Source: Selaginella moellendorffii
Taxonomy: Eukaryota; Plantae; Lycopodiophyta
DNA: 64,000 nucleotides
Assembly: GCF_000143415.4 (NCBI RefSeq)
Contig: NW_003314277.1
Span: 1,625,185 to 1,689,184 of the forward strand
Reading direction: 5' to 3'
The translations under genes were made by a program, and so were the position numbers. Below are positions 50,633 through 63,600 of this stretch, in pieces. The notes under the pieces were generated by a model. It did no database searches and was not told where the DNA came from. It worked only from the letters and a program-made list of their open reading frames with translations. Position 1 is the stretch's first letter. Each line of letters begins with the position of its first letter.

Positions 50633-53600
50633 TCAATCACTGTCTGGATCGCCGTCGATAATGTCTGGAAGCGCATCAGTCTCCGAATCAGATCCTAGAG
50701 TGATTTTGGAAGCAGCGAAACTAGAGAGGTCCACAACAGGTGCCTTTTCCGAGAGTGAGCAAGGCTCCTGTTTACCTGGGACACTGTCTTGCTGCTGGTC
50801 TTCAGAGTCCATGAGCCGCGCAAAACTTGGAAAGTCGTTTTGCAGGCTGGTTGCCACTTGAGCACGCGCAACGTCCAGTATGTCTCTCTTCGGCGACGAG
50901 CTGAATTCGCCACCGGGTGTTGAAAGAATCGACATGGACGTTGCAGTAGCAGGCATACCGATGTCCACGTATCTCAAAGGATCCATTGGAATTACTTCGT
51001 CCCCCGCAGCCTCGGCCATTGCTGTCGCAGCTGGCTGCTCCGAACCACCACTTTGTTGGTCACCTTTAAAGACCAGCCCCTCACCGCTCAAATCTTCAGC
51101 GAGCAATCCCCTCCAGTCTTCTCCAATATCTTCTCCATAACCAAGCCAAGTGTCTACTTCCGCCCACGGGTCCACAGCCAGCTGATTATTGACCTTTAAT
51201 GCTGGAGGAGCTGGAGGAGCTGAGGGTGCCGCAAAGCTTATACCCGTCGGCGGAGTCCCAGCTGGAACTGCTCCAACATTTGCAGCAGCGTTCGAGGAAG
51301 TCTTTGCGAGCTTCTGAGTGCTTGACGGATTAGTAGACGGGTTTCCAGAAGCACTTCCTCTCGCCCCCGCCACCGCAGAAGCAGCCATGCCCGAGGCCAC
51401 CGCCGCGGGAGTGTCCAGAGGTGGCAAGCATCGAGGATGGATGAGTGCTTCTAAAGCGAGTAGAGCGTGGGCACAAACTTCAGCTACTTCGCTCCCAGCG
51501 TCTTTTCGACCTGAATGAAGTTCTCATAAATAACCAAACTAAAAATGTACGTGAGAAGAGATTATACCTTTGCGGAAGATTGATAATCCTTGCGCAAGGT
51601 AGGGAGGCCGATGAGCGCAAGGTGACAATAGAGATGCCAGCAGTGCCTTGTATGCGGCGACCTGGAAAGAAGCCGATGCCGCCGACAGATTTCCTTCTAG
51701 TGACGTGCTCTCGTCATCAAAGCCGCCACCAGATGCGCTTTTCGAGGAAGCTAAGATTGCTATGCTTGCAAGTAAACTGTCCACTTCAGCTCGCACACGT
51801 TCCGGAAGCATTGCACCACCCTGTAACATTGAAGGATTAGAATAATATAAAGAACAGCATATAACAGCTTACAGCAGTGAGCAAAGCTTCCAAAGCTTGC
51901 AATGCAGAGATTTGTACGGAGACAGGGATCACTATTTCGTTGAAACAGCTTGCATCTGGCATACCATTTCCTTGATGGTCTACAGGAACGCCACCCGGTT
52001 CCTTCCTTTTCTTCTGGTTTATCCCAGGCCCCCAGGCAGCAACGGTGGACATAGTACTTCCGGGACGTGTGCCCCTCGGAGAAAAAACAAAAGAACCAGA
52101 GGCGCTTCCCCTTAAGTCGGATAGAGCATTACCCACAACTACAGGAGCAAGTGCTTCCGCCATTCCTGGATAAAAAAAGTAAACAACTGACTCATGCACA
52201 GTATACCGTCGAAAATACCTGCACCGAGGGATATCAACAAATGCTTGGATATGCCGTAAAGCTTAACTCTCAAACCAGGTGGTACAGCTCCGCACCTTCG
52301 GAAAGCATCAGTTAATAAGTGGACAATGTGGGCCGCTCGTGGAAGAAGCTGACTGCAAGGACCAATGCAGCAAACATAAGACACAAGATCATGGGAGTAC
52401 GTCCACTGTACCTCCTAGCCCCGCATATGGTTGAATGGAGAAGATTCAATGCGCAGAGATGTAATGCTGGAAGTTCGGAGCAAAGAGCCGTTTGATGAGC
52501 ACTTGATACGGATACACACAGAGGTGATGCTGCTGGCAAGCGAGATCCATCAACCCTGAGGATCCTTGTGGACAATGCAAGTAAAGGAAGTATAGGCACC
52601 GGCACCTTCATCAAAGGGAACCATAAGAGAGGTCCAAACAAACCCGTCTCGTGCTTACCGGGACTGGGTATGGATTGACAAGCAGATAATGGCAGCTTTG
52701 CAAGAGCGACGATATTCGTGGAACCAACTGTTGCCAAAACCTTTTGTTTCCTTGAGTGGACATGTTTGCGCCAGCAAAATGCCACCCTCCTTCCCTGGGC
52801 TGTAATGACATAGTGGCCTCTTCGGCAGCGTTCACTACAAAGAAGACTTAGGAAAACCAAGCAGCTTAAAAATTTGACGTCCTTACCCTCTTCCATACCA
52901 CGAAAGGCTCTATCGAGCTCGGAGTTTACCGCGATGAGGATGCGACGAACCATTGCGCTCCATGCCGACGCTTCACCATGAGCTCTGGGAAGTAAAGCCA
53001 AACATCGAGCACACCTCTGCTTCCTTAACATTTGAAAAGAATTAGCCGCCAGCGCTTCGAAAACATAGATAATAAATACCTCAGAAAGTGCGATATTACC
53101 GTCAGCATCCATGATTTGAGCGACAAGAATGCTTTCAACCTGAAAGTTTTGAATTATAAAACGCCTCAAAACGGAGTTTCACAAAGAACTTACATTGCTA
53201 TAGTGTTGTCGGAGACAAGCCGGAAAATACTTAAGAACGGTGGCTAACAAATCGATAGCCTCATTCTGCAAGAGCGGCAGTGAATGATTTACTGACCGAT
53301 CGACAATGACTCTACATACCCATATTGCGCAGGAATCCTTGTCAGTAAGCAGCTGCACAAGGGTCTGGACCAGCTTAGAAGCCAGAGCGGCGCCTTCGCG
53401 CCGTACTCCCGGGTAGTCAAGAAAGCTTCCCAATCTGAAAAACAATCAATCAGCTTAGAACAAGATAGAAAGCTCTAGTACCTCGTAAGAAAATCATTAA
53501 GCGCAGCACAGACTGCTGCACGGATGAAAGTTGGTTCTGTGGGCTGCCAGAGAAGAAGTTTCAAAAGTGTAACAATTATGTTTTCACAAACCTTGAGCTG

Positions 53601-54123
53601 GACAAGGAGTTTCTGAAACCATGATACATAGGACTCTAGAAAACGTTGTCTTGTAAATTCCTGAAACGTAATTCCCAGCAGTCCCACTCCCGCATAGCGT
53701 GAATCAGCCTAAGGGAAAAAGATAAGACAAGGAGCTTATGAAACAACACAAGCGTACCACCGGACTGGAGAGAAGACCATGCAAGCGCTCGACCCACGCA
53801 TCCACCGCGCATTTCCTAGCATCAGCAGCGGCTTTGGCAGCCGCGCCACCATGGAAAGGATGCAATCCCGGCGCCACTGCCGCAGCAGCCATGGGCTCGG
53901 ACAGCAATGCATGGCGCCGGATGAGAGTCGCGGCGAATTCCAGCTGCGCCAATCGAGACCCGCTACCAATGAAATGCCGCTCCTGCTGCGACCTGTGGAG
54001 GTGATGATCTTCCGGCAAATGCGTCTGCATCACGGCCTGGAGAAGCGCTGGGCGAAGACGAGGATCGTGAACGTTGTGGATGCCGTCCTCAAACCCCAGC
54101 GCCATCGCCGCCATAGCCGCCAT
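50633..54123 (-). CDS. PELP1: PELP1/Rix1-like ribosome biogenesis protein (multi-exon)
   Basis: DPRLRPALL, AVDAWVERL, CSELPALH, AAYKALLASLLSP...PPYL and C-terminal LPDIIDGDPDSD. Telo-box AAACCCTA at 54141. Confidence 0.8.
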
Positions 54124-54145
54124 GGGAATGGAAACCTCGCAAACC

Positions 54146-55996
54146 CTAGAAATCCCTAGTGGGGGTTTTAGGAGCTTTGGAATGCAAAGAGGCGGGATAT
54201 AGAGAAACCGTCTTGGACGATAACGCGAGTTCGAATCCTCGGTAGCGCTTCCACTCCACTGCCATGGCATTGGCGACAAGCACATAGCCACTGGCGGCGC
54301 GCGGGTCGAAATATTTCGCCCCGGCCCTCGCGATCGCGAGATCCGCCCCATTCCTGCAAGATCGAAGCACACAGCTCCACTCCAAATCATCCGGGGCAAA
54401 GGGCATAGCAGCGATGAGATCCATGGCGTCGTCCAGCGATCCCGCGCGGCACAGCAGATCGGCAATGCAGCAGTGATCGCGCTTCGAGGGGTGGACGCCG
54501 TAGCTCTCTCGCATCGACACGAAGATCGACCGCGCAGCGTCCATCTGGCCGAGATGGACGCACGCCGCCAGCGCCGCCTCGAAGCACGCGGCATCCGGCG
54601 CCTCCTCTAGCTGCATTTCGAAGAAGAGGTCCAGGGCTTGGCCGGGCAGGCCATTGCTCGCAGATGCCGCCAGGATGCCGCCCCACGCCGCGGTATCCCG
54701 CTGCGGCATACAGCCGAAGAGCTTTCGCGCCATCTCTACTTGCCCGCTTTGGGAATATGCTGCGGACAGTACCGTCCACGACGCCGCAGTACGCCGTGGC
54801 ATGCTCCCAAACACGGCCTTGGACTCCGCGAGCCTCTCGTTATTGAAAAACGCTACTAGCATACAGTCCCAACTGACGGAATCTCTCTCGGGCATCCCAT
54901 CAAACGTAAATTTTGCTAGCTCCAGATGCTCGCATTGGGCATATGCCGCAAGTATGGCATTCCAAGAAACTAGGTCCTTCATTGGCATAATTTCAAAGAT
55001 GCTTTTAGCGGAATCAAGTCTCCCGTTAGCAGTATATACAGAAAGCAATGTGTTCCAAGAGAAGAGATTGTGGCGCGGTATTTGATCAAACACAAGCTTG
55101 GCCTCCTCCACATTCCCGTCCTGGGAATATGCTGTAAGGAGAGCTGTCCACGTTATAAGATCCGTCTGTGGCATATCCTCCAATACTGCCCAGGCACCCG
55201 TGATGTTTCTACTCTGTACAAATGTGGAAACCATCGTATTACAGGAGCTAAGGCTTCTGTACGGCATGGCACAGTATAATGCCCAAGATTCCTCTAGATA
55301 CCCAGCACGGGCATATGCGGCAAGCATTGCGTTCCAGCACACAATATCTCGCTGACGAATCTCATTAAAGATTCTGATGGCCTCGCCAAGATTCCCTATC
55401 TCAGAGTATGCTGCCAGCATGGCAGTCCAGGAGACCACATTGTGCTCAGGCATCTCGTCAAACGCGCGTTTGGCGTATTCTAGGTTCCCGCTTTGGGAAT
55501 ATGCCGTGAGCTTGGCATTCCATACGACAAAACTCCTCTCAGGCATCTCGTCAAAAATGCGCTCGGCATCTACAAGATGCCCATTGGTGGCATAAGTAGA
55601 AAGCATTGCCGTCCATAAGACTAAGTCTCTCTCGGGCATAGAATCGAAAAGTTTTACGGCCTCTTTGATCAAGCCGAGTTCGCCATGAAATTTGAGCATG
55701 GTTGTTCCCGAGACAAGATTCCTGTGGGGCATGACAGTGAAGATTTTTTGGGCCTCCTCCATATGCCCGTCTTGTACATATGCATCCAATATCAAATCCC
55801 AGGAGTAGTAGTCTTTTCTGCGGATGCTTTGAAAAATTTTGCGAGCGTTCTTTGGGCTTCCACAGCTCGTGTACATCTCAATCAGTTTGTTGGCTAAGAA
55901 GGTGTCTAAGATCTTAATCCTGCAGTGAAGTTCTTGTGCAATTGTGAGATCCCTACAAGATTGTATAGCTCTTAGTAACTTGTTTCGATCCATCAT
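54146..55996 (-). CDS. PLS-class pentatricopeptide repeat protein with partial E domain, no DYW
   Basis: Many ~31-aa repeats (..FDEMPER.VV.W.AML.AY..G), then HCCIADLLCRAGSL and ASGYVLVAN. Confidence 0.92.
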   Translation of the reverse strand: MMDRNKLLRAIQSCRDLTIAQELHCRIKILDTFLANKLIEMYTSCGSPKNARKIFQSIRRKDYYSWDLILDAYVQDGHMEEAQKIFTVMPHRNLVSGTTMLKFHGELGLIKEAVKLFDSMPERDLVLWTAMLSTYATNGHLVDAERIFDEMPERSFVVWNAKLTAYSQSGNLEYAKRAFDEMPEHNVVSWTAMLAAYSEIGNLGEAIRIFNEIRQRDIVCWNAMLAAYARAGYLEESWALYCAMPYRSLSSCNTMVSTFVQSRNITGAWAVLEDMPQTDLITWTALLTAYSQDGNVEEAKLVFDQIPRHNLFSWNTLLSVYTANGRLDSAKSIFEIMPMKDLVSWNAILAAYAQCEHLELAKFTFDGMPERDSVSWDCMLVAFFNNERLAESKAVFGSMPRRTAASWTVLSAAYSQSGQVEMARKLFGCMPQRDTAAWGGILAASASNGLPGQALDLFFEMQLEEAPDAACFEAALAACVHLGQMDAARSIFVSMRESYGVHPSKRDHCCIADLLCRAGSLDDAMDLIAAMPFAPDDLEWSCVLRSCRNGADLAIARAGAKYFDPRAASGYVLVANAMAVEWKRYRGFELALSSKTVSLYPASLHSKAPKTPTRDF

Positions 55997-56514
55997 GCCA
56001 TAGTTTCAGCTAGAATTCATAAATAAAGTGATCTTTTTAAGTTACAAAAGACCCCAATTAGTAATATTTAATGTTGGCAAAATGTAAACTTTCACTCTAA
56101 ATTTATTTTTTAAAGTTAAAATAAAGATAAGATCATTTATTTCTTTTTCAGGGGTTTTGCGGGATCATTTCAGGCATTTCAAGATCACAGTGAGCGTTTC
56201 AGCTGAGGATAGATTTCTACTGCTCACAAGCGTGGCAACCTCAAAGCTGGTCACTTCCCTCCTGGCTGCCAGGCCCAGGTTGTAAATCTCTTGGTAGATA
56301 CGATAGTTTTCATTCTTGCAAGCAGCCTCGCCAGCGATTCCCAGAGACTTGGTCCATCATCCCGAGCGAGATTGTTTTTAAGAAGCTAGGTTGAGGATCC
56401 AGGAAAATTTTGAACTCCTCTCCCAGGATGTCACACACTCGCTGGGGCAAGGAGGCGAGGAAGGAGCTCGTTCTCCATTCCTCGAAGGATTTCTTACATC
56501 TCCATCTTTTATGA

Positions 56515-57195
56515 TCAAGAAAATATAATCGCATACCTCACTTTCACCCTCCGGGGGTCATAGACGGCGAAAATTCTCTCCTGGCCTCGTGTGAACTCCA
56601 CTGGAACTTGCAGATGCGCCACTGGCAAGAAAGTAATCCCCCTCTTCTTGCCAAACACGAGTGAATCTTTGCCAGAAGGGGCCGCTCGCAGCGAAGGCAG
56701 TGTTTCAGCTTGTGTCTCAAAAATGCTCCCCAGGGCCACCTCGCAGAGAAGAACAACGCGCAACCCATTTGCTCCTGCTGTAGCATAGGACAATGCCTTC
56801 CCGACGTAATCGGTCAAGTAGACAGCGTACCTATGATGCAAAGAAAACACAACACTAGAGACAAACTACGAGTAAGAAAAACAAGTTCAAACTCACCCGT
56901 ACGTGTCAAAAGCGTTCGAATTTGTCGGGATCTCAAGACCATTTTCCACTATTGCCTTCAGATTATTGATGTGCGTACCGTGCCACAGAGCTAGAACACA
57001 AAGAAAATCAAAGAGAAAATGTGCAAGTTTTTTCATACCCGTGCGAGCGAGCGATGCGAAATCCTCGTCAAGATCTCCACCATTGCACTTTAAAATCCTA
57101 TCAATCTTGCCTGGATTTCCCCACCTCGCCCAAACGTCCTCGATCTCACGCACCTCTGGATTCTTCGCAGCCGAGAGTGTAGTGACGTTGCCCAT
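56515..57195 (-). CDS. Stand-alone PARP-fold ADP-ribosyltransferase (188 aa, 3 exons)
   Basis: Exons 57195-57039, 56990-56897 and 56830-56515 sum to 567 nt, open. Motifs LWHGT, GYAVYLTD, KALSY, LLCEVALG, GKDS, IFAVYDPRRVKVRY. An alternative in-frame ATG is at 57246. Confidence 0.8.
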
Positions 57196-57699
57196 GGCGC
57201 TGTTTGAATTAGGGTAGAACCAAGTTGCTTTGATTTTTCTGAGCATTACTTGTGTGAAAAGTATCTAAAATGGAAAGGAAGTCGAATTTTGGGCCACTTG
57301 AGGATGAAGAGCTTGCAAGAGAGGATGGGTGCTGAACCAACATGGTCACGATCCAGAAAAATTTTATCCTGTGCTCCAGCGAGGCGCTTGGCATAGGACC
57401 TAAAAACCCTGAATCACTATGTTCACGCTACATGTAGTGAGCCGTGAAATGGCGATAGTTTTCCTTCTGTCACAACCCAGAGCTTGCTCACGCTTCCAGA
57501 TTGTTGTGGCTCACCTATAAGAAGCATTGGAAAAAGCAAACACAATGTCTTGCAAAACTCTCATACCATTAAAACTCCTCCCTAAATGAGTGATAAACCT
57601 TCTTCCCACGACATCAAGGTCCTACAATAATCCAAACAGCAGAATCACGAAAGTGTTGAAAGACAATATAGGATTCTTACAAGGTGATTTGAAGGCTTA

Positions 57700-60523
57700 T
57701 TAAAAGATCTGTTGAATGTGATTTTTGCAAGAGCCACATGACTCTTTTGCAGTTTCCCAAGAGACCAAATGAACCCAAGAAAGTGCGAATCTTTTGCTCT
57801 GGAGCACCCTGTACCAATGAACAGTCATAAACTGATAACAAGCAAGACAGCCCACCCTCCCAACCTTTAAAGCATTATAGACCATGGAATATTTTTAAAA
57901 TATTCCTGTGGTTTGTGTCATTCTCCCCTCCCAACTATATATAGCAGCCTTGAGAAGCTAAACAATTCAAGACAATATAACCATGGAGAAAAGATGTGTA
58001 AAAAAATCTAGGAAATCACAAGCATGAGGTATCTGAACCAAAGCCAAACTCAAACTTGCTAGAATTTGTTCCTTCAAGGCTTGAAATGAACTTTGAGCAG
58101 CTTCAAACCAAGAGAAGTTGGATGAGTGAATGATATCTGTAAGAGGAGCTACTATTGATGTAAAGTGCTGCACAAACTTGCAAAGGTAGTTAGCAAAGCC
58201 CAAACATGCTCGAAGTTTCTTCAATGATGAAGGTTCAAGCCACTTACTAATAGCACTGCACTTATTTGGATTAGCCATCAACTACCCGTTGGAAACTTTG
58301 AACCCCAGATGTGTGATCTCAGTTATACCGAAGTTACACTTGGATAATTTTGCCACCATGCCATGCTGTTTGAGTACAGCCAATACGGTTGAGATGTGCC
58401 AAGAACAGCTGTAGATAAGTATATCATCAAAGAAAACTACAACGAACTTGAAGAGGAATGTGGCCTGAAAGGTAGCAGGGGCATTAGACAAGCCAAAAGG
58501 CATTACACAAATTCAAAAAGCCCCCTGTGTGTCCAAAATGTTGTTTTATGTTGACCTGCAGCTGCCACCCTGATCTGATAATCTATCTTGCTGAGAAACT
58601 TAGCATGACATTGTTCCTTATTCAGCACTCGATAATCCACGCACAGTCGCCATGTGCCATCTTCAAAACTAGAAGCACCGGGGATGCAAACGCACTAGTG
58701 CTCTCAAAGATCATCCCTTGCTGAAGAAGATCCTCGACCATGGAGTCTACAATTTCACGTTTGTCTCGTGTCATGCATATAATCGGCCAAGTGATAGAAG
58801 AAACTCTTGGCTCCAAGTCAATATGGTGCTATACTCCTGTGTGGTCACTGATAAATGCTGAAAGTGAGCACCTAAACACAAGGAGGTGTGCCTCAAGGAT
58901 GGCACACAATGCACTTCTACTTACTTCACAACACTCTTTCCATCACCACTTCCTCCACTGAGATATTGCTGGCGGAGAGGTGATCGTTTGCTTTCTTCTT
59001 AGCTGCTTTCTTCACGGCTTTCTTCTGATCTGCATCTTTCTCAATCACCTCCCTGTTAGACAAGCTTTCTAAGGTCTCTTCTTTCTTCACTGCTTTCTTC
59101 AAACCTTCAAAGCAACTCAAGTTGCTACTGTTTTCTTGATTATCATATCGGGGAGGATTCTTAACTTCTGCTTTCTTCATGTCCGCTTTCTTCACCACTC
59201 CTTTCTTTAGTTCTGCTTTCTTCGTATTGTGATCCTCCTCCTCATCTACTTTTCCCCTGCTGAGCTTTAATTCTTCCCTCGGCCAGTCCGAGATAAGGAC
59301 CTCTGCACCTTGTTTTGCAAACAATAGCATTGTGCTGCCATTGCCAACACAATAGCTCCCATGGAGACCACCCCTTTCAATGCTGTTCTTGGAAGTTAAC
59401 CAATATATCCGCCAACTGTGCCAAGGTCTCCACTCTAAGAACTACATCCCCTACTCCCATGTCAAGCACGTAGAAGTGTTCCAAAACAGCGTAGTCGTTG
59501 ATCATAAAGGAATAGAAAACCTACTCTCTTGTGCAAACTGTTTCCCCATCAGCTATTTCCTAGAACTTGCTCCACCTGCTGTGCATGCAACTTCAGCTTC
59601 GATAAGGATCACCTATTGATGAAGGTATTAGAAGCGCTAGAATCCAGTAGGCCAAAGGCCTCCCGACCATTAATGTGTCCCTTCAACCTGAAACAGGCTA
59701 GACTTGCCAAAGAATGCTAGACTAGAAATTGTTGCCTTCGCCTCTGCCAACCCAGGGCGCAATAGCTCATCCTTATGAGCTGCCTCCCAGATCAACACTT
59801 CGCCAGTTTCCTCAAAGTCATCCATGTTGACTTGCAAGAGATTTCCATTTCATCCTCTTTAAAGTACAACATGGCTGCTTGTCCTTGGATGATTGTCTTG
59901 TTCTTATGCACTAGACACGAAAGGTGGTGATCGTGACTCCATTTGTCTCGGCAGTTGAATCACTTGCCCATCTTCAAATCCTCCATGCATTTAGATTTTT
60001 CGTCATAACTGCTTCTCTCCTGCTGTCGATTGGTCTGGAGCAGTTTGGGTGAATGGCAGAATCTCTCAAGAAGGTTGGAAACGACATCCTCCATTATCTG
60101 TGCATCTCACGCAGAACTGTGAATTTGCATTCACCATTGCTTCTCTAATTGAAGTTGGTTTTGTTTGAGCAACATCAGCTGCCATGGTTGTGGAAGAGCC
60201 GTGATATACTGTTCTGTGAGTACATCTTCCAAAACATTACCGACCTCAAATCGATTCCGCAACCATGTAGCGTTGAAAACTTGCAAGCCCTACTTCTGCC
60301 AATCGTAGCATAGATCACAAAGCTTATTGAATGGGGAATTGGTCACTGGTGTCAAGATGAATGTCTCTTCCAACATCTTCTTGAACTGTGGCCACAAAGG
60401 AAAAATCTTTGCCTGCTCCAAATTATGGAACCATTCGGATGCCAAATCCTTTAGATGCATTGCAGCGAACGGCACCTTCTCGTGATCTCTCCATTGTCTA
60501 CAAACAAAGTTGTGCTCCATTTT
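57700..60523 (-). mobile_element. Degenerate Ty3/Gypsy remnant (gag, protease, RT, start of RNase H)
   Basis: Gag [46 protein letters not shown] and LGFANY motifs, broken by frameshifts. Boundaries approximate. Confidence 0.85.
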
Positions 60524-60674
60524 TGCCTAACGAAAGGTGAAACCGTGTGATGGTGCTCAAGATCCGTCATAGCATATATGGAATGGAAAATGTACATATG
60601 TGTGACATGGTGAACCGGTGAAGACTCGTGTCTCTCCACGTGGACTAACCACGTGGCACAGGGCACTCTCAACA
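60524..60674 (-). repeat. Putative short 3' LTR of the Copia element
   Basis: Begins TGTTG right after purine-rich AGTGGGAG and ends ...TAGGCA where Gypsy gag sequence resumes. The 5' LTR is not in the window. Confidence 0.55.
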
Positions 60675-63600
60675 CTCCCACTGGCACTGTGGCCATCACG
60701 AGTGATGCTCATCAGTGGAGAAAGTCCCAGCCCTTCGCGATGGACTTGAAATCGATCTCGAGGTAGTGCTTTTGTGAAGATATCTGCAACCTGAGTGGTC
60801 GTGTCACAGTAGATCAGCTCAATTGTGCCATCTTCCACTTTCTCACGAACAAAATGATGATGAATCCAAGTGTTTGTTGCATGAATGAAAGCGAGGATTG
60901 GCCGCTAACGCAATGCAGCTTTGATTGTCGCAGAAGAGGCGAGTGGGAGTCTTCACACTCACACCAAGGTTAGAAAGTAGTGAGCGTAACCACACACCTT
61001 CTTTGGTAGCTTGTGAGGCTGCCAAATATTCTGCTTCAGTACTAGAGGTTGCCACTGTACTTTGCTTCCTGCTGCACCACGAGACTGTCGCACTGCCCAG
61101 GGAAAACGAATAGCCAGAGGTGGACTTGCGTGTGTCACAGTCTCCCCCAAAATCAGCATCACAGTAGCCCGTGAGGGTAAGCTCTTTTCCCTGGTAGCAC
61201 AATCCAAAGTAAGTAGTACCTCGAAGGTACCTGAAGATGCGTTTCACCGCTGCCCAATGTTGAGATCCAGGATTAGCCAGGAATTGGCTAACTTTGCTGA
61301 CGGCAAAAGAAATATCTGGGCGCGTACAAACAGCTGGATACATGAGACTGCCAACAGCTTGTCTGTAAGGGATGGAGTCCATGGCTCTCTTGTCGTCCTC
61401 TGTCTCAGGAGACATGGCTCGTGAAAGCTGGCAGCCTAGTTCCATTGGTGTCGCCACTGGATTAGAGCTCGTCATAGAAAACCTGGCCAGCATATCTTCT
61501 ATATACTTGGCTTGGTGAAGATAGATAGTGCGTTGAGAGCGATCACGCACAAGTTCCATGCCAAGAAAGTAGGAAGCCGAGCCAAGAGTTTTCATCTCAA
61601 ATTGGCTGCAAAGATCTCGCTTAACCTGGAGAAACATTAAGCGATGATTATGGATGACAAGAGTATCATCAACATAAAGAGCGATGATCACAAATGATTC
61701 ACCCTCCACCCGAATATAAAGATTTGGGTCTGCCTCGCTACGGGAAAGGCCCACACTTAGTATAAAATCGTCAAAGCGTTTGTACCAAGATCTGGGTGCT
61801 TGTTTCAAGCCGTAGACAGCTTTCTTGAGAAGCCAGAGATGTTCCTCTTTTCCAGCGGCTAGAAATCCTTATGGCTGTGCCATATAGATTTCTTCGTCAA
61901 GCGCGCCATAAAGAAACGCCGTGGTCACATCCATCTGTTCCAGATCAAAGTCTCCCACCGCAGCAAAATTAATCAAGGAACGAAGAGTAGAATGCTTAAC
62001 CACTGGAGCGAAGGTGTCGTTGTAGTCAAGTCCAGGAACTTGCGAGCATCCTTTCGCCACCAATCGCGCCTTGTAGCGAACCGAGCCATCAGGATTAAGC
62101 TTCAGAGCATACACCCACATGCTCTTGATAATCTGGCAATTGGAAGGCACAGTTGGAACAAGAACATGTGTCTTGTTCTTTTGCTGTGAAGCAATCTCGG
62201 CTTCCATTGCTACACGCCAGTAAGACGCTTCCTGTGAGGCCATGGCTTCTCCATAGGTCCTCGGAACAGTAGGAGTCCCAGCTGCACGAGAGGAGACCAT
62301 TGTCTCGATGAGACGCTCAGTAGGCCGCCTTGTGCGGATCGATCTGCGTAGAGGATCTGGAGGAGGCGGCGGGGTTGGTGGTGTTGGAGTAGAAGCGGGC
62401 ATAGATTGTTGCATAGGGACTGTTTGAAGCGGCACAGTGATCGTGCCGACAGTCAACTGATCTTGTTCCGCTTCAACGTCATTTTCTTCGGTCAAGGTAG
62501 GTCTGGAAGTAGAACCTAGAAGGAAGAAACGAATTCTCGTTGAAAACCACATCTCTGCTCAGGATCTCCTGCTTCGTGATTGGATTCCAGAGACGATAGG
62601 CTTTGTGATCGAGGCTGTAGCCCACAAACACAGCCTTCTGGCTCTTGGGGTCCAATTTCTTGCGCATTCCATCAGGGATGTGAGCCCACGCTTCACACCC
62701 GAATATTCTCAGATGCGTAACTGTAGGTTTCTTGCCACTCCATGCTTCTTCAGGAGTGATGTCAGCAAGGGCAGAGGTGGGGAGCCGGTTCTGGAGATAG
62801 TTCGCCGTCAAGACAGCGTGAAACCAGAAGCTGCGAGGCAAACCACTGGAAAGTAGCATTGCCCGAGCACTCTCCACTAGTGTGCGATTCTTGCGCTCAG
62901 CTACGCCATTCTGTTGTGGAGTCTCTCGCGTTGTAAGTTCTCGCACAATCCCTCCTTGCTCACACAGCTCGTTGAAAGCATTGGAAGTGAATTCGCCTCC
63001 ACCATCACTTCTCAATCGCTTGAGCATTTTCCCAGTTTGTGTTTCTCCCATATCCTTGAAAGTCTGGAAGTAGTGTAACGATTGGGATTTGCGAGCCATA
63101 GGGTAGATCATAGTGCGACGACTGTAGTCATCAATGAAACTGATAAAGTATTGGATACCTCCCACTGCTGTGGTGGCCATCGGACCACACACATCAGTGT
63201 GTACAAGTTCCATGAGCTCTGTAGCTCGAGATGCTCCAGTCTTGGGGAAAGGTTGGCGAGTAGATTTTCCTAGCTGACAGCCCTGGCAAAATGGAAGAAC
63301 GGCTCTTGGGTCCAGGTCTAGACCTTCAACCATCTGCTCGCGTGCGAGCTGCTTGATTCTATCAGCACTAGGATGCCCCAGGCGTGCGTGCCAAAGCTCC
63401 AGTGAGTGACTGGTCGTTGTCTTTTGTGCGTGTAGGCCCAGACTCCGTCCAGCAAGATCTGGCAGCATGGTAAGGCGGTAGAGGTCACGCCGTCCAGGCC
63501 GGGACGCTGTGAGGATGGCTCCTGTGGTCGAGATCAGCTGGAATTGGCGAGGTGTAATAGCGAACTGATACCCATCCTCAGCAAATTGTCCCACAGAGAA

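Noticed and set aside
53704-54594. 296-aa ORF apparently fusing the PPR region to PELP1 exon 1
   Set aside because: The upstream part is an alternate frame of the PPR. PELP1 similarity begins at the ATG at 54123.
56160-56534. Coding-like sequence after the PARP-like stop
   Set aside because: No consistent frame or recognisable domain.
57209-57394. 61-aa ORF as a first exon of the PARP-like gene
   Set aside because: Joining it would need a ~21-nt intron, too short even for this genome.
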